Shown here one piece after another: positions 1-11,923 of a DNA stretch of 64,000 nt. The stretch is from Macrostomum lignano (Eukaryota). Made by a program: the position numbers and the translations under genes. The notes under the pieces are model-generated. The model saw only the letters and a program-made list of their open reading frames with translations. It ran no database searches and was not told where the DNA came from. The stretch spans positions 372,001 to 436,000 of the forward strand of contig NIVC01000068.1 in the NCBI GenBank assembly GCA_002269645.1, in the 5' to 3' direction. Within the stretch, counting starts at the first letter, position 1. Each line of letters begins with the position of its first letter.

Positions 1-340
1 TTATAGTTAGTAAATCAGAAGACAGAGTAGGCCCCTAGTTCATAGTTGAATAAGATTATGATTAGTAGGCTATTGTGAGCATTGCACACATGCGCAATCT
101 CCTAAATTCAGTTGGCTGTGCAACTTATTTTTAACAAAAAATGTGATAGTTTTTGGCCAAAAGTGCAATTTACATATAAAAGAAACCCTAAAGCAAAATT
201 AAATTAATGCAACTTTGGGTAAATGGCAGGAATAACTATGAATGTCTTATTAAGGTAAAATGCCTGGTTATATACTTAGTAGGCCTACTTACTCACTTAC
301 TACTTAACCTCTATTTGACTGCAGTTTTAGGCGCTTATAA

Positions 341-2673
341 CCGTTCCCGACGGATAGGCCGAAAACAGCCATAGACAGTTTTCAAATTTATGATCATAAA
401 TGTTGCTGCTACCACTGTTCCCGCCTATAGTCTCGCTTAAATTTAGTGTCTGTTCGCTTATTTAATTCATTTATACGGACTGCTTTATATGAGCATTTTA
501 CTTTTAGTTTAGTTTTGACTAGTTATGGATCTCATTTACACGTCGGACTCGGACAATTTTCTCACTGACGACGAGGATGGATCGTTTTATTTTGATGAAG
601 AGCCAGGTGAGGATGGTGAAAATGTTGAAAGCGCCAGCAGCTCAGATGAGGACGTCGAAATGGAGGAAGAACACGAGTGGCACCAAGCTATCGAAGGGAC
701 GGACGACAAGCCCACGGCTGTCCCAGAGTTCATGGGCACCCTAGGTTTTCGGCCGGACTGGGTACCACCACAATCAGCGAATGGCAGTGAGTCAGAGTTT
801 TTGCATCAATACCTAACCGACGAGCTGTTCGAAAACATTGCAAGGTGGACGAACGAACGGGCCTGGAGTTTCACTCAGGAAAGGTCAGCTGATGAGTTAC
901 CAAATGTTGTGTCTACATGGAAGGATTGCAGTGTTGACGAGGTGAAGAAGCTGATCGGCATCGTGTTGCTTATGGGCATTGATGACAAGCCGGAGATCAG
1001 CTCATACTGGGAAAAGGATCCTGTGTACCACTGCACGTTTCTGGCTCAGCCACATTCACTTTCGCGCGATTGTTTCAAGCAGATTCTCTCCTGCCTTCGC
1101 TTTTACAGTAGCGCTGGTCCCGCTCCCCAAAGCCCTGTAGACAAAATCTCTCCATTCCTTGCACTTGTGCAGCACGCCTGTCGGAACAACTACATGCCCG
1201 ATCAGAATCTATCAATTGACGAGACTCTGGTCATGTACAAAGGATGGGTACAGTTTAGGCAGTACATTCCTTCTAAGAAGAGCAAGTATGGTATCAAGTT
1301 ATACTGCCTGTGTGAGGCCAAGTCTGGATACCTGTGGAACTTTGCCGTTCACACAATGCAGCAGGAGAATGCCAGGTTTGGTGCCGGAGTGGACTGTGAG
1401 GCCCTGTCCTTTAGTGAGCGAGTCGTAGCCGAGCTATGCCGCGACATTCTACATCTTGGCCATCGCATCTTCACCGACAGCTGGTTTACATCGTACCGAC
1501 TGGCTTCGTGGCTACTGGCCCGCGACACCATGCTGACTGGCACCATGCGCAAAGATCGTGGACCGCCGCCACTGCTGCGAGACACTAACCTGCACCCTAC
1601 GTCATCAGCATTCGCAAGGTGTGGCAACGTGCTGGCATGCAAGTTTGTAGACTCCAAGAACAGTGGCAAGAAGACTGTGTACTTGCTGGACATGGCAGGT
1701 AACGCGCAGTGCCACGATGTAGCCCGCGTTCGCCCTGGTGGTCAGCAGCAAGTGGTGGCGAAGCTGGTCAGCATCACCACGTACAGTCGTTGGATGGGTG
1801 GAGTGGACCGCATGGACTCTAACACGAGTCCCTACATAGCAAACCGCAAGTCGCTGCGCTGGTTCAACAAGCTGGCTTTCGATCTGATTGTGCTGCTTGT
1901 CCGCAACGCCTGGATCTTGTACAATTACCACGGCGGCAGCATGTCCTTCCTCCACTTCTTGCACAAGGCGTTAGATATTCTGGTTGCGGAAACCGGTGTT
2001 GCCAGACGCCGAGGTCCTCCAGCTGCTCCAGCGCCAACTGGCGCAGGTGACGGGCCGCCTGCTGTTCCTCGACATTTGCCTACTAAGGCGCCCAAAGAAG
2101 GAGCACTGGCCCGACCTCGCAAGCGGTGCAGAATGTGCAAAAGGAGAACCGTCTTTGTCTGCTCCACGTGTCCAGGGAGGCCAGCTCTGTGCCTTGGCGC
2201 GTGCTTTAGTGCCAGCCATACATAAAAAACAATTGTATCGGACACTTCTAACGTGTACCTGTAATCATTCCTGTTCAGTTTATTAGTTTATACATTTCAT
2301 TCAGTAAATTACTTCTTGCGTTGTGCATTACTATACTATTATAGTCAACCTCAGTTTACATTAACTGCATTGTTTTTCCGCATTAAAAATACACACTTGT
2401 TAAGTCTAGCAGCCACAGGAAACATTTTTTTCAGTCAGAACAGTCTCTTGGCACTTGTTTCTTGGCGGCTGTTAATCGACTGTAAACCATTCTACTCTGT
2501 GCATGTGACTTTATCATTCACTATGGGAAGCTATCATTGCCTTATTGGTGTGTTAGATACATAGATGAAGGAATGAAGTTCTATTGATTATAAATATGGT
2601 TATATATAGCAGTCAGTAGTCCTTATACATAATATTTATATGGCCGTTTTTGGCCTCTAGTTGTTGGGAACGG
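341..2673 (+). mobile_element. piggyBac-family DNA transposon
   Basis: Imperfect ~33-bp TIRs: CCGTTCCCGACGGATAGGCCGAAAACAGCCATA (341-373) versus TATGGCCGTTTTTGGCCTCTAGTTGTTGGGAACGG (2639-2673), enclosing a transposase ORF. Flanks are ATAA and CTGT, not the canonical TTAA. Confidence 0.8.
525..2225 (+). CDS. piggyBac (PGBD4-like) DDD transposase, 566 aa, uninterrupted
   Basis: Acidic N-terminus; catalytic motifs LSIDETLV, IFTDSWFTS and MGGVDRMD; GIKLYCLC; C-terminal Cys-rich domain CRMC...CSTC...C...C...H. Confidence 0.95.
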   Translation: MDLIYTSDSDNFLTDDEDGSFYFDEEPGEDGENVESASSSDEDVEMEEEHEWHQAIEGTDDKPTAVPEFMGTLGFRPDWVPPQSANGSESEFLHQYLTDELFENIARWTNERAWSFTQERSADELPNVVSTWKDCSVDEVKKLIGIVLLMGIDDKPEISSYWEKDPVYHCTFLAQPHSLSRDCFKQILSCLRFYSSAGPAPQSPVDKISPFLALVQHACRNNYMPDQNLSIDETLVMYKGWVQFRQYIPSKKSKYGIKLYCLCEAKSGYLWNFAVHTMQQENARFGAGVDCEALSFSERVVAELCRDILHLGHRIFTDSWFTSYRLASWLLARDTMLTGTMRKDRGPPPLLRDTNLHPTSSAFARCGNVLACKFVDSKNSGKKTVYLLDMAGNAQCHDVARVRPGGQQQVVAKLVSITTYSRWMGGVDRMDSNTSPYIANRKSLRWFNKLAFDLIVLLVRNAWILYNYHGGSMSFLHFLHKALDILVAETGVARRRGPPAAPAPTGAGDGPPAVPRHLPTKAPKEGALARPRKRCRMCKRRTVFVCSTCPGRPALCLGACFSASHT

Positions 2674-3511
2674 CTGTGGTAAAAAATCCAACAAATCTGG
2701 CCCATAGAGATTGATTTTATGCCGTCTAGCTTGGAGGTAGACAGAATGGACGAAAACGGCCATCCATCTGCCTATGGTTAAGTCCTACTACTTGGGTATT
2801 TATTTGGGTGGGCATTTTTGCAACTTACCTTGGTTCGCCACCAAATCAGTTGGCCAGATCAGCTAACTGTTGCATATGTATGGAGCATTGTTATGATCCC
2901 TGGCCCTACCGCCATTTGATAGTGATAACGCATTTGCTGTCCTGTTGCAAAGTTAACCTTAAAAGTTAGTATTTAAAAAGTTAGTATATATATGCAACAG
3001 GCTTCATTTTTATTAAACAAATTTTTTTTATTTCTTAGAAACTGGTAACATTGAAAAACTATTACTTTGTTATGTTGAATGAATATTAGAAATATTTCAT
3101 CTATTTTATATACTTTTGTATAATGATTTGGTTAAAACTATAATGAAATTTTTACTATAAATAGGGGCCATCTGAGGGCCTGACCATAATAAAGGTTTGC
3201 TTCTTCTTCTTCTTGCCTTCAAGCTCAAGCTTCAATTGTGCTTACCTACATAAGCTTCTTATTCTCTCGTTTAGAGATAAATCAGCCTTGGGCTTATAAT
3301 CACTTGTGCTACTTATTTTGAGTAGTAGATAGTGACAGGAGTTGCCCCAAGATTGGGAGTTCAGTCCATTCTCAGAGAACGAGACATCTAGATCTAGGAT
3401 CTGAGAAATTGCCTTTGGAAGGTAGGAATCCTACTACAAGGTAAAGAAGTCTAGACTCATAGTCTGAGAAACCTGCCTCAGCAAGCCTATAGGGGTTTCT
3501 TTCTATAGCTA

Positions 3512-3847
3512 CTTATAAATAATCTCACAATGCCACCAAAGTTATTATACAGGGTTAGGCCTGATTTGCTATGCTATGCTCTCTATACTTTTGTCTTGTA
3601 TTTATACTGGTAATATATGTACTTCTATTGGTAGCATGTGTACTTCTGTTGGTAGTGTGTGTACTTCTATTGTATTGGCCTGAGTGGTCTTTAGGCACTT
3701 TCTATCCTATTCCTATACCCTTCTAAAGATATTATTCTCTCAGTCCTGGGCGTTCCCAGGATCAGAGGGTCACAGCTTACTTGCTGAGTATTTTGCCCTG
3801 AGGCTACAACAACTTTGACATGTCGGCATTGTGAGATTATTTATAAG
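3512..3847. mobile_element. MITE-like element bounded by inverted repeats
   Basis: Perfect 23-bp inverted repeat CTTATAAATAATCTCACAATGCC (3512-3534) and its complement (3825-3847), extending imperfectly outward to TAGGG/CCCTA; no TSD found. Confidence 0.5.
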
Positions 3848-4092
3848 GATAGAAGCAAGCCCTACGTCATATATATATAGGCCCTAGGTCAAGTCAACCA
3901 TCAACATTTGGTTAGGTCTGTCTTTCAGATAATAATAGGCCTATTCTAGTCTAGATATTTCCTTTTAGTATTATATACACATGAATACTGATATCAAATT
4001 TGATATTTTGTTGGCAGATTAAACAACTGCATCATATTTTTGCAAATGAAAGAGTGGCAGACAAACTGATAGCAGATAAAACAACTATCAAC

Positions 4093-4536
4093 CCATAGCT
4101 GGGAAGGTGGCAGTTTTTGGTTAATTTTCCGGCGCAAATTGGCCCTTTTTTGGCACACATGGCGCACACGGCGTACAAGGAAAAATTGGAAATGCTTTGG
4201 TGGCGCACATGGCGCATGGCGCTGAAAAAAATATATAGTTACACATCGTTATACTTTGCAAAATATATAGTGTCAGGCCTAATTCCATAATGTGTAAAAT
4301 AAAATTACGTAAATTACATATATCACGATATACAATACGTAAATGAAATTCAAATTTGTCTACCATAAATTCCTTATGGTAGAATAAATACCTTACCTTT
4401 CCTTACCTTAGACTTACCTTATCATGGCGCACTGCGGCGCACAAAATCTTTTCTTCATGACCCACGGCACACAGTGCTCAAAAGCCATCAAAATAGTTCC
4501 GGCGCACACTGTGCTGTGCCACCTTTCCGACTATGG
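4093..4536. mobile_element. Non-autonomous DNA transposon (MITE) with 8-bp TSD (hAT/P-like)
   Basis: TIRs CCATAGCTGGGAAGGTGGCA and TGCCACCTTTCCGACTATGG; exact TSD CTATCAAC at 4085-4092 and 4537-4544; internal GGCGCAC(A) subrepeats. Confidence 0.8.
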
Positions 4537-4864
4537 CTATCAACCAAGTTATTAACATTTTAAATCAATTAAAGCATGTTACGTGGGCCACCTTGCATAT
4601 CAGTCATTAATATCACTATTAACTTCACTTGTGCTGTGTCTAAAGTCTAGATTATATATAGATTAGGCTTAGGCATTAGGCCTAAATTAAAATCAGCATT
4701 CAGTATTAAACATGTACTGTATAAAGTCAGTCTAATATTTTTAAAATGATAATCACATGCATACTAATATTATTATTACCGGACCAACTGACTGACATAA
4801 CTATAATGACGAAGAGCTTTTGAGAGCAACAATCTTTTTAGAGTAGGCCTAGCAAGTACACTAC

Positions 4865-5064
4865 GGGCCGTATGCAGAAAGCTTAGTCCAGACTAGGCCT
4901 AGCTAGTCCGGACTTGGGCAGTTCAGTCTATAGTCTATGGTCTAGCTACCTTAGTTCTGTCTATAATAGATCAGTCTAACTTTGTGTTTCTGCATACTAA
5001 ATCCAAGTCCAGACTAGCTTTTCAAGACTGGACTACCCTAGACAGAGCTTTCTGCATACGGCCC
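4865..5064. mobile_element. 200-bp MITE, PIF/Harbinger-like
   Basis: Perfect 19-bp TIR GGGCCGTATGCAGAAAGCT (4865-4883 and 5046-5064); 3-bp TSD TAC; GGG terminus. Confidence 0.75.
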
Positions 5065-5794
5065 TACGACTAGAAGATATCTAGCAAGCAAACAAGATTG
5101 AAGATTGAAATTATTTTAAATTTTGCAATTTTAATGACGCACTAACTACTGCTTAATATATTTAAATTGTAGTCTAAACTAAAAACAAATAAAAACAACT
5201 CAATTCTAATGGTAATTTCTTAATTTCTGACATAGTTTGTAACTAAAACACAAATAAACACTTGTTTAGAAATATAAACTTAAAAATGCGCGAATTCAAA
5301 TTTGACTTATAGATCAATCTTAACCGTTGAACCGTTGTTTGCATCAAAGCCATACGGTACCTGTTTTTATTCCATCTGTAAAAACCGCAAAAAACCCTAT
5401 GCGCTCTTTCAAATTTTATATTTTATTCAATTTTGTTGTCATCTAATTAATATCTGTATAAATTTACTTTTATAACGTAAGGACTAAGCTGTTTTGTGCA
5501 ATACCGCCAGTTACATGCATAAATTTCACGCAATACTTTTTTAACTCCTTGCTTTTTCTTTCGCTTCGTTAGTCGTCCAAGTATCGTTAATAACATTTCC
5601 GCGTTCTTTCAAATACCATATTGCAAAACTCGTACTAATCGTAATTAAATAACTAGTGCTAAAATATTGTCTCCTATTCCTGAAGTAATCTTATATATAC
5701 ACAGAGGCAGAAATATATTGGCCAAACAGGCTTCTTGCCTGAGCCAACTTACTACTACTACTACTTAAAAAAATCTATAGGCAGCTATATGACT

Positions 5795-5915
5795 TTTTGC
5801 CTTTTACTCTTTTCTTCTCTTTCTTTCCTCCTTCCCCTCTCCTTTTCTCCCTCTTTTTTCCTTTTCTTTTTCTTTTTCTCTTCCCCCAATTTTCGTTTTT
5901 TAGCATTTTCATTTT
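5795..5915. repeat. CT-rich low-complexity tract
   Basis: Almost pure pyrimidine run; the ORFs over it are compositional artefacts. Confidence 0.6.
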
Positions 5916-6429
5916 TTGCAACCTACCTTGGCTGGCAGCTATTTCACCTGACCCTTCTAGTTTGGACAGGACCCAGGTCAGATGGATGTTGGGCATGTAT
6001 GTACAAAATACTTTATTTTTAGGCCCTAGCACTGTTAAGATCACAAAATACCAAAGAATGCTCAATTGACTAGTAGAATGCATCTCAAATTAAAAAACTA
6101 TAGATGCTATGCTAAGCCTACTCTTCCTGTGAAGATAGGGCCTACAAGTAGTTGTAACTAATTGATAACATTAAAGTAGCAGTTTACTACTTGTACAAGC
6201 TCCTAAAACAGTCAATCCTACATAGAAAATTGAAGCCATATTCCTAATGTAATTGAAATTATCTGATTGTTATAAAACTTAAATGGTAAGATCTTATATA
6301 TAGTGGGTTAACAAATACTCAACCAGTAATCCATGCTATATGAGCAAAAAACTATAAACAATTTAACTTAAGAACAATAAAAAGGTCATTAATGGAAAGA
6401 ATATAGTATACTTTTGTAGTGCTTTGAGG

Positions 6430-7013
6430 GGCTACAGGTCAAAAGGGCGACAGATCAAAAGGGCGACAGTTAAAAGGGCGATAGTCAAAAGGGCAACAGT
6501 TACAGTGTATTCATATTGAAAATACGAGTTCCACGTACATTAAAAGTATTTGTTAAGCATTAAACATTTATTATACTTGTATTTGTTAAAATGCGTTGTT
6601 AAAATTGTACGAGCACTTAAAATGGGGTCTCCCTAAAACACGCCCCGCACCGCCCTGCAGCGCTACACATTAAAACAAATTGGACTATAACTGAAGACAC
6701 TAAAAAATGCGTTTTCTGTTAGGCTTCAAAGTTTTTATTAAATTTAGTTTTTTTAATTTAAAATATAAAATTTAGTGAATAATAAGTGATTTAATAATAA
6801 TAACAATAAAATAATAATGATATAATTCTAACATATAAGTACAAATTGTCAGCACAAAAATTGTTATTGCTAAGATTCTAAGATTTTCTAAGAAACGAGG
6901 TTTCCCGTCCTTCCACTTAAGTAGTTCTTGGTCTAATAATACCCTGTCGCCCTTTTGACTGTCGCCCTTTTAACTGTCGCCCTTTTCATCTGTCGCCCTT
7001 TTGATCGGTTGCC
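6430..7013. mobile_element. MITE with tandemly repeated TIRs and 8-bp TSD (Merlin/MULE-like)
   Basis: Four to five copies of AAAAGGGCGACAG at the left end, mirrored as CTGTCGCCCTTTT at the right; GG...CC termini; exact TSD CTTTGAGG at 6422-6429 and 7014-7021. Confidence 0.8.
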
Positions 7014-9544
7014 CTTTGAGGTAGGTAGTGGTGGCATTGAGGATTATAGTGAAGTATCCCAGTGGCAAGTTTAATGGAATCATGCATCTAAATGCGTCTA
7101 AGCCTCTTGCTCTTAGAATTAAAAAGTAGGCCTAGATCTTGAATGACGGCATGAGGAAGCCTAGTTGGATCCAGTTTTTTCAGGTAACTACAAAAGCATT
7201 TTAATGAAAAGCAGCTGCAACAAAATGCAGCTTCCAATGTTGAATTCTTAGATTTGACAGCAATTATCTTTTTCCCAAACTTTTCCCAGAATCGTTTGTT
7301 TTTCCAAAAAGGTCAGCTCAAAACAATTAGCAAGCCCAGCACCTAAAAGATGCAAAAGAGTTTGAAACTAAAGCAATTCTAAAATCAAATAAAAAAACTA
7401 ATGCTACAAGACAGGAATCAATAGTCAACTATGTGTTTTCTGAACTTACATACCTTGTAATATTTCCAGAAGGAAATGCATGAAATTGCATCAAATGTGG
7501 GCACTTTTAAGCATAGGAATTGCAGCCATAAGCTATGCACTGGCTTAAGATTTTGTCATGATAATATTACATTGCTTTATGCTATAAAATAAAAGAATGT
7601 TCATTGATCTATGATATATGATTATATAGAAGATAAAGCACACTTTTCTGGACACTTTTTTATGGCCTGAGAACCAAAGGCTCAATGGTGCTAAGTAAAT
7701 AGTGCCTGGAAAATAGCCTGCTTTATCTCATATAGAGCAACCATAGACAAATGGTTGAAAAATAAAGCCCGCAACTTATTAACTACTTGGAATAATGGGC
7801 AAAATAAAGCTCACAACCTATGCTCTATTAAAGAACAAGTCAAAAATCACAAGCCTATACGAGTGATATTGTCTATGGTGATTATTCTCCATATTACTTT
7901 CCTACTGCTTCACAGAAAGAGTAGCACAAAGCAAAAATAATTTTGCATTAAGATTTTTTCTTCAAGGTTCAGGGTAGCTGAATAAGCATTCTATGGTATT
8001 CTATAGTTAAGATACCATTTAAATGCTTAGGCAGCCCAGTATAGGGATAGTAGCAGAACTAAGTAGTCTCTAGCATAAAATGTTTGGCTGGCTATTATTA
8101 GGATTAGAATAGTAGAACTTAGTGTACAATTTTATTTTAGTATATACTAATGTCCTTAATACATTAATACAATCAATAACTTTTTAAGCAAAATTATCAT
8201 AAAACATAATGTAAATATTTATTAATTTAATTTGCATTTTAAATGCTTTATTTTTTATGTTTTATATAAATTTATAGGTTTTTTCAAGAATAGCACATGG
8301 AAACAATATTTGGACAGGCAAGATGGCACAGATTTCCCAATAACATTTATTTTGAAATATGCTATTATCTTTCTAGTTGTATTTTCATAAGTTGTTATTA
8401 TCCTAGTATAAAATTCTTTATGGAGTTAAATAGAATTTTATATAGGCTTATCTTAGTCTACATTTATATAAAAAAATTGTATATTATATCTTAATATTAT
8501 ATTATTCTTAAATTATATTAAATATATATTATATCTTATATTATATTATATTATATTATATATTCTATCTATTATATCTAGGCAAAAATAATGTCAAACA
8601 AATTTCAGTGGCTATTATATTTATTATATATTATTGATCTATACTGAGATCATAGCTTCAATCTAACTTTTAAAAAACACATTGAACATCTGTCTTAGTT
8701 ATATTAATACTATCAATTTTGTTGTATTATTTTTAAAAGAGAGATTACTTGGATATGATTTATATTTTTGATAGTAGTTCTGTGTCTAGTAAAAACCTAT
8801 CTTAGTAATTATTTTCAAGAACTAAGTTTTTAATAGATTAGCTTCAAACTTTTGTAGTTTCCCAACCTTATTATTGAATATTTCTATCAGGTTGTGTGTT
8901 AAAAAAATTGTGCAATGCAAGAACATTTTGGCATTCCATACTAACTAATATATTTTTAAAATTATATACTCAGCAACATTAAAAAGTCACCATCACAGAA
9001 GATCCTATGGTTGCCACTTTGAGAGTGCAAGTAAAGTATCTTAATCTTGTAAGTGATGCAACTCAGCTATGCTACAGTAGACTTAGGTTGAGGAATGAAT
9101 TTGAGAGTGCAATGTGTGAGAGTTAGATGGATTAAAGCTATCCCAATCAGTTCTCATATCTTTTATTTTAGAAAAGTCCAAGAGAAATTGCTTACTGGCA
9201 ATTTTGCTGAGTATATATCTGCATACATAGCCACAATGTATATATAGTGAATTGCAACATACACTTTTACTAATGCCTATCATTCTAATAGGAACAAGCA
9301 TTGATAACCAATTTCCCTATTTTACAAAATGATAATAAATATTAAAAAATTGATATCAATTTAATTAATGCATAAAATTCATTACCACCTTTAATGAACA
9401 AAATAAAGTCAAAACATGAGTAAATAAATACTACACTTCTTTAAAGCCAAAAGCCATGAATATTGTTTGAAGAAAGCTAGGAAAAAGAAAACAAAAACAA
9501 ACATTCACATTTTTTTAATAATAAGAAATTATAATTTATTAATC

Positions 9545-9590
9545 TTTGTATAATATATTTCACCGAACAATTGGCATCTTCAGGCAAAAA
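9545..9590 (-). ncRNA. Candidate degenerate minimal hammerhead ribozyme (left pLTR)
   Basis: Minus strand reads CTGAAGA-TGCC-AATTGTTC-GGT-GAAA-TATATT; core motifs are present and stem II is altered by a C>T change. Confidence 0.35.
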
Positions 9591-9749
9591 TATAGATATA
9601 GAGAGATGGTAAACTTTTTAAAGTCTAGTAAGCCAAAATGATATAAGTATAGGTAACAGAGTTATATAATTTATATAATTTTATATTAATTATATAACTC
9701 TGCCCACTAGGAAGCTGAATGGCTGAAATGCCCATGTCTCCCTAGTGTA

Positions 9750-10679
9750 CCACCGCTATATGGATAAGACATTCACTATCTTCAACACCTAAGGGAGCCC
9801 ATACACTGAATTCCTAAACGTCATTAACAACAATACCCATCCTAACATGAAATTTACTGCTAAGATTGGTGACAAAATTTAAACTTTCTTGATGTCATTG
9901 CTTGCCACAATGGCAGCAACCTTAAAATGTCTATTTACTACAAGAAAACATTTACTGGGCTTATGCTCAACTACCATGCCATTTGCCCCAACTCTTGGAA
10001 AGTCAGTTTGATTTGTGGTTTGCTACACTGGGCTTACCATGTATGCAGCTCATGGCTTATGCTGCATAAAGAGCTAATTCAAGTCAAACAGATCTTCAGA
10101 TTGAACAACTATTCTGGCCAGCTAGTTGACACTAAAATTAAGGAATTCTTGAACAAGAAAATTAACACCATGGAAAATGTTAAGAATGACAGAGATTCCC
10201 ATTCCAAAATCATTCAAGTGCCATACATCATGCTGCCTAGCCTTAGGTTTTGCCATAAAATAATGGCCATCTATCATACCCACCTGAACACTAAGGTCTT
10301 CCCTGTGTTCTATACTAGGAAGATGTTGCAATATGTGCTAAGACTCAAGTGCAGTGTACCAAAAACCTTGTGTGCAAGAGTTATCTATAAATTCTTGTGC
10401 ATTGCTAAGCAATGCCATTTTTACATAGATAAAACTGAAAGGCACCTAAACACAAGAGTTAAGGAGCACTGTACAAGAGCTAGCAGTGTGTACAACCACT
10501 TCCTGATGTGCAATAAATGTGCTAAAGTTAGACATGCTGAAAAATTTGAAATTATCTATCGTAACTGCCAGAGTATGAAGTTGTCTACTCTTGAGGCATT
10601 GTACATTAAACAGCTTAAGCCCACCATGAACATCCAACTTGGTGGTAGAGGGGCAAGTGTCCATCTAAGGGTGTTCTGA
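9750..10679 (+). pseudogene. Penelope RT C-terminal region and GIY-YIG endonuclease, decayed
   Basis: Upstream frameshifted RYMDKTF (RYVDDTF-like), HPNMKFT and FLDV remnants; ORF 9927-10679 with IYYKKTFTGLMLNY and FYIDKTERHLNTRVKEH (YIGKT...R..EH of GIY-YIG), and EALYIKQLKPTMNIQ. Confidence 0.8.
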
Positions 10680-10784
10680 CCCCATGCACTTGCCTCTTAT
10701 TTGGGGCCATCTAACTTTGCTATCTATACTTACATCATTTTGGCTTACTAGACTTTAAAAAATTTACCATCTACACATCTATAT

Positions 10785-10830
10785 TTTTGCCTGAAGATGC
10801 CGATTGTTTGGCAAAACATGTTGCCCAAAG
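10785..10830 (+). ncRNA. Candidate degenerate minimal hammerhead ribozyme (right pLTR)
   Basis: CTGAAGA-TGCC-GATTGTTT-GGC-AAAA-CATGTT; the GAAA core appears mutated to AAAA; palindromic AACATGTT stem III. Confidence 0.35.
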
Positions 10831-11560
10831 ATAAATAAATTGCAATTTTGTATTATTAAAGAAAAAATGCAAATGTTCGTTTTTGCTTTTGTTTTCCTGG
10901 CTTTCTTCAAACAATGTACCTTACTAAGGAAATAAAAAGGCCACTAGTTTCTTTTAGCTATCTATAAAGTAAATTAATATAGGACAAAATTGCTCAAATA
11001 TAATTTGGTCTTAGGGTTTAAAAAGTATCTGTTTGAAAAGCTTTTGCACCTTTTTAGTTTAGCTATTATTAATAACTACCTCCTGATCTATTACTCTAGT
11101 TTTTATTTTTGAGAACTGACTTTACATAAGCTCCTTAGATTCTTCTCTATAAATAGAAACTAAACTAGCAATCTTTGAATAAACTACATATAGCTTTTGA
11201 TCTTGTATAGTCACTGTTAATTCTTTAGGAAACACAGTTTGTGCATGATTATAATAATAATAATTGATTATACCTAGCCAAATGGGTGGAGATGTGCAAT
11301 GGACAGCAGAGCTGCAGCTATTGCGCGGCGCATCTGAAGGCTGCATATGGCTGTTCAGTTCAAGGACTGGGGGTCGCCACACACACAATTACCCCTGCTT
11401 TTGTGTATGAGCATGAAGTAAATCATGTTATTATCAAACAAATTGTAGCATTTTAAATCCCATATTGTGCTAACAGTAGAGCATTAAGTAGAAATCTGCT
11501 TTTTAAAATAACTTTTGCTAATTTCTTGTGTGCTTTTCTAAAATTTGCATGTCTTGAATA

Positions 11561-11923
11561 ATGAGAAACGGTAACAATAATAGCAGTGGCAACAATGCCA
11601 GCGGCACTAATCATGACTGGCATGCAGAACAGACTCTGTTAGATGAGAACGATAGGCGAGCAGATGCTTTAGCCGCTAAGCTGGCCCTACTCCGAGGCCA
11701 TGCCAGCGATATTAAACGCGAGACGGACCGATCGCATACTGTGCTAGACGGCCTTGGCACTGACTTCAGTTCAGCCCAAGATCTGCTTGGCAACACGCTT
11801 GGCCGGGTGCGAAATTTCAGCGCCAGAGCGGCTGGAGACAGGCGATTGATGTGCTACATCATTGGCGGCTCCCTGCTTGGTTTTGTGTTCATCTATTATA
11901 TTCTGATGTCGCTGGCTAGGTGA
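11561..11923 (+). CDS. BET1L: BET1-like (GS15) Golgi Qc-SNARE, single exon
   Basis: LLDENDRRADALAAKLALLRGHASDIKRE...VLDGLGTDFSSAQDLLGNTLGRV is a SNARE heptad closely resembling BET1L, followed by RRLMC and a C-terminal transmembrane anchor. Confidence 0.88.
   Translation: MRNGNNNSSGNNASGTNHDWHAEQTLLDENDRRADALAAKLALLRGHASDIKRETDRSHTVLDGLGTDFSSAQDLLGNTLGRVRNFSARAAGDRRLMCYIIGGSLLGFVFIYYILMSLAR

Larger units (their letters stand above)
9462..10915 (+). mobile_element. 5'-truncated Penelope-like retroelement with inverted pseudo-LTRs
   Basis: ~200-bp inverted repeats (9462-9664 versus 10712-10915) flank a degenerate RT C-terminus plus GIY-YIG region. Confidence 0.85.

Noticed and set aside
7140-9400. 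Short coding-like stretches in AT-rich DNA, including ORF 9083-9301
   Set aside because: Many stops and no recognisable motif; possibly old relics, but unsupported.
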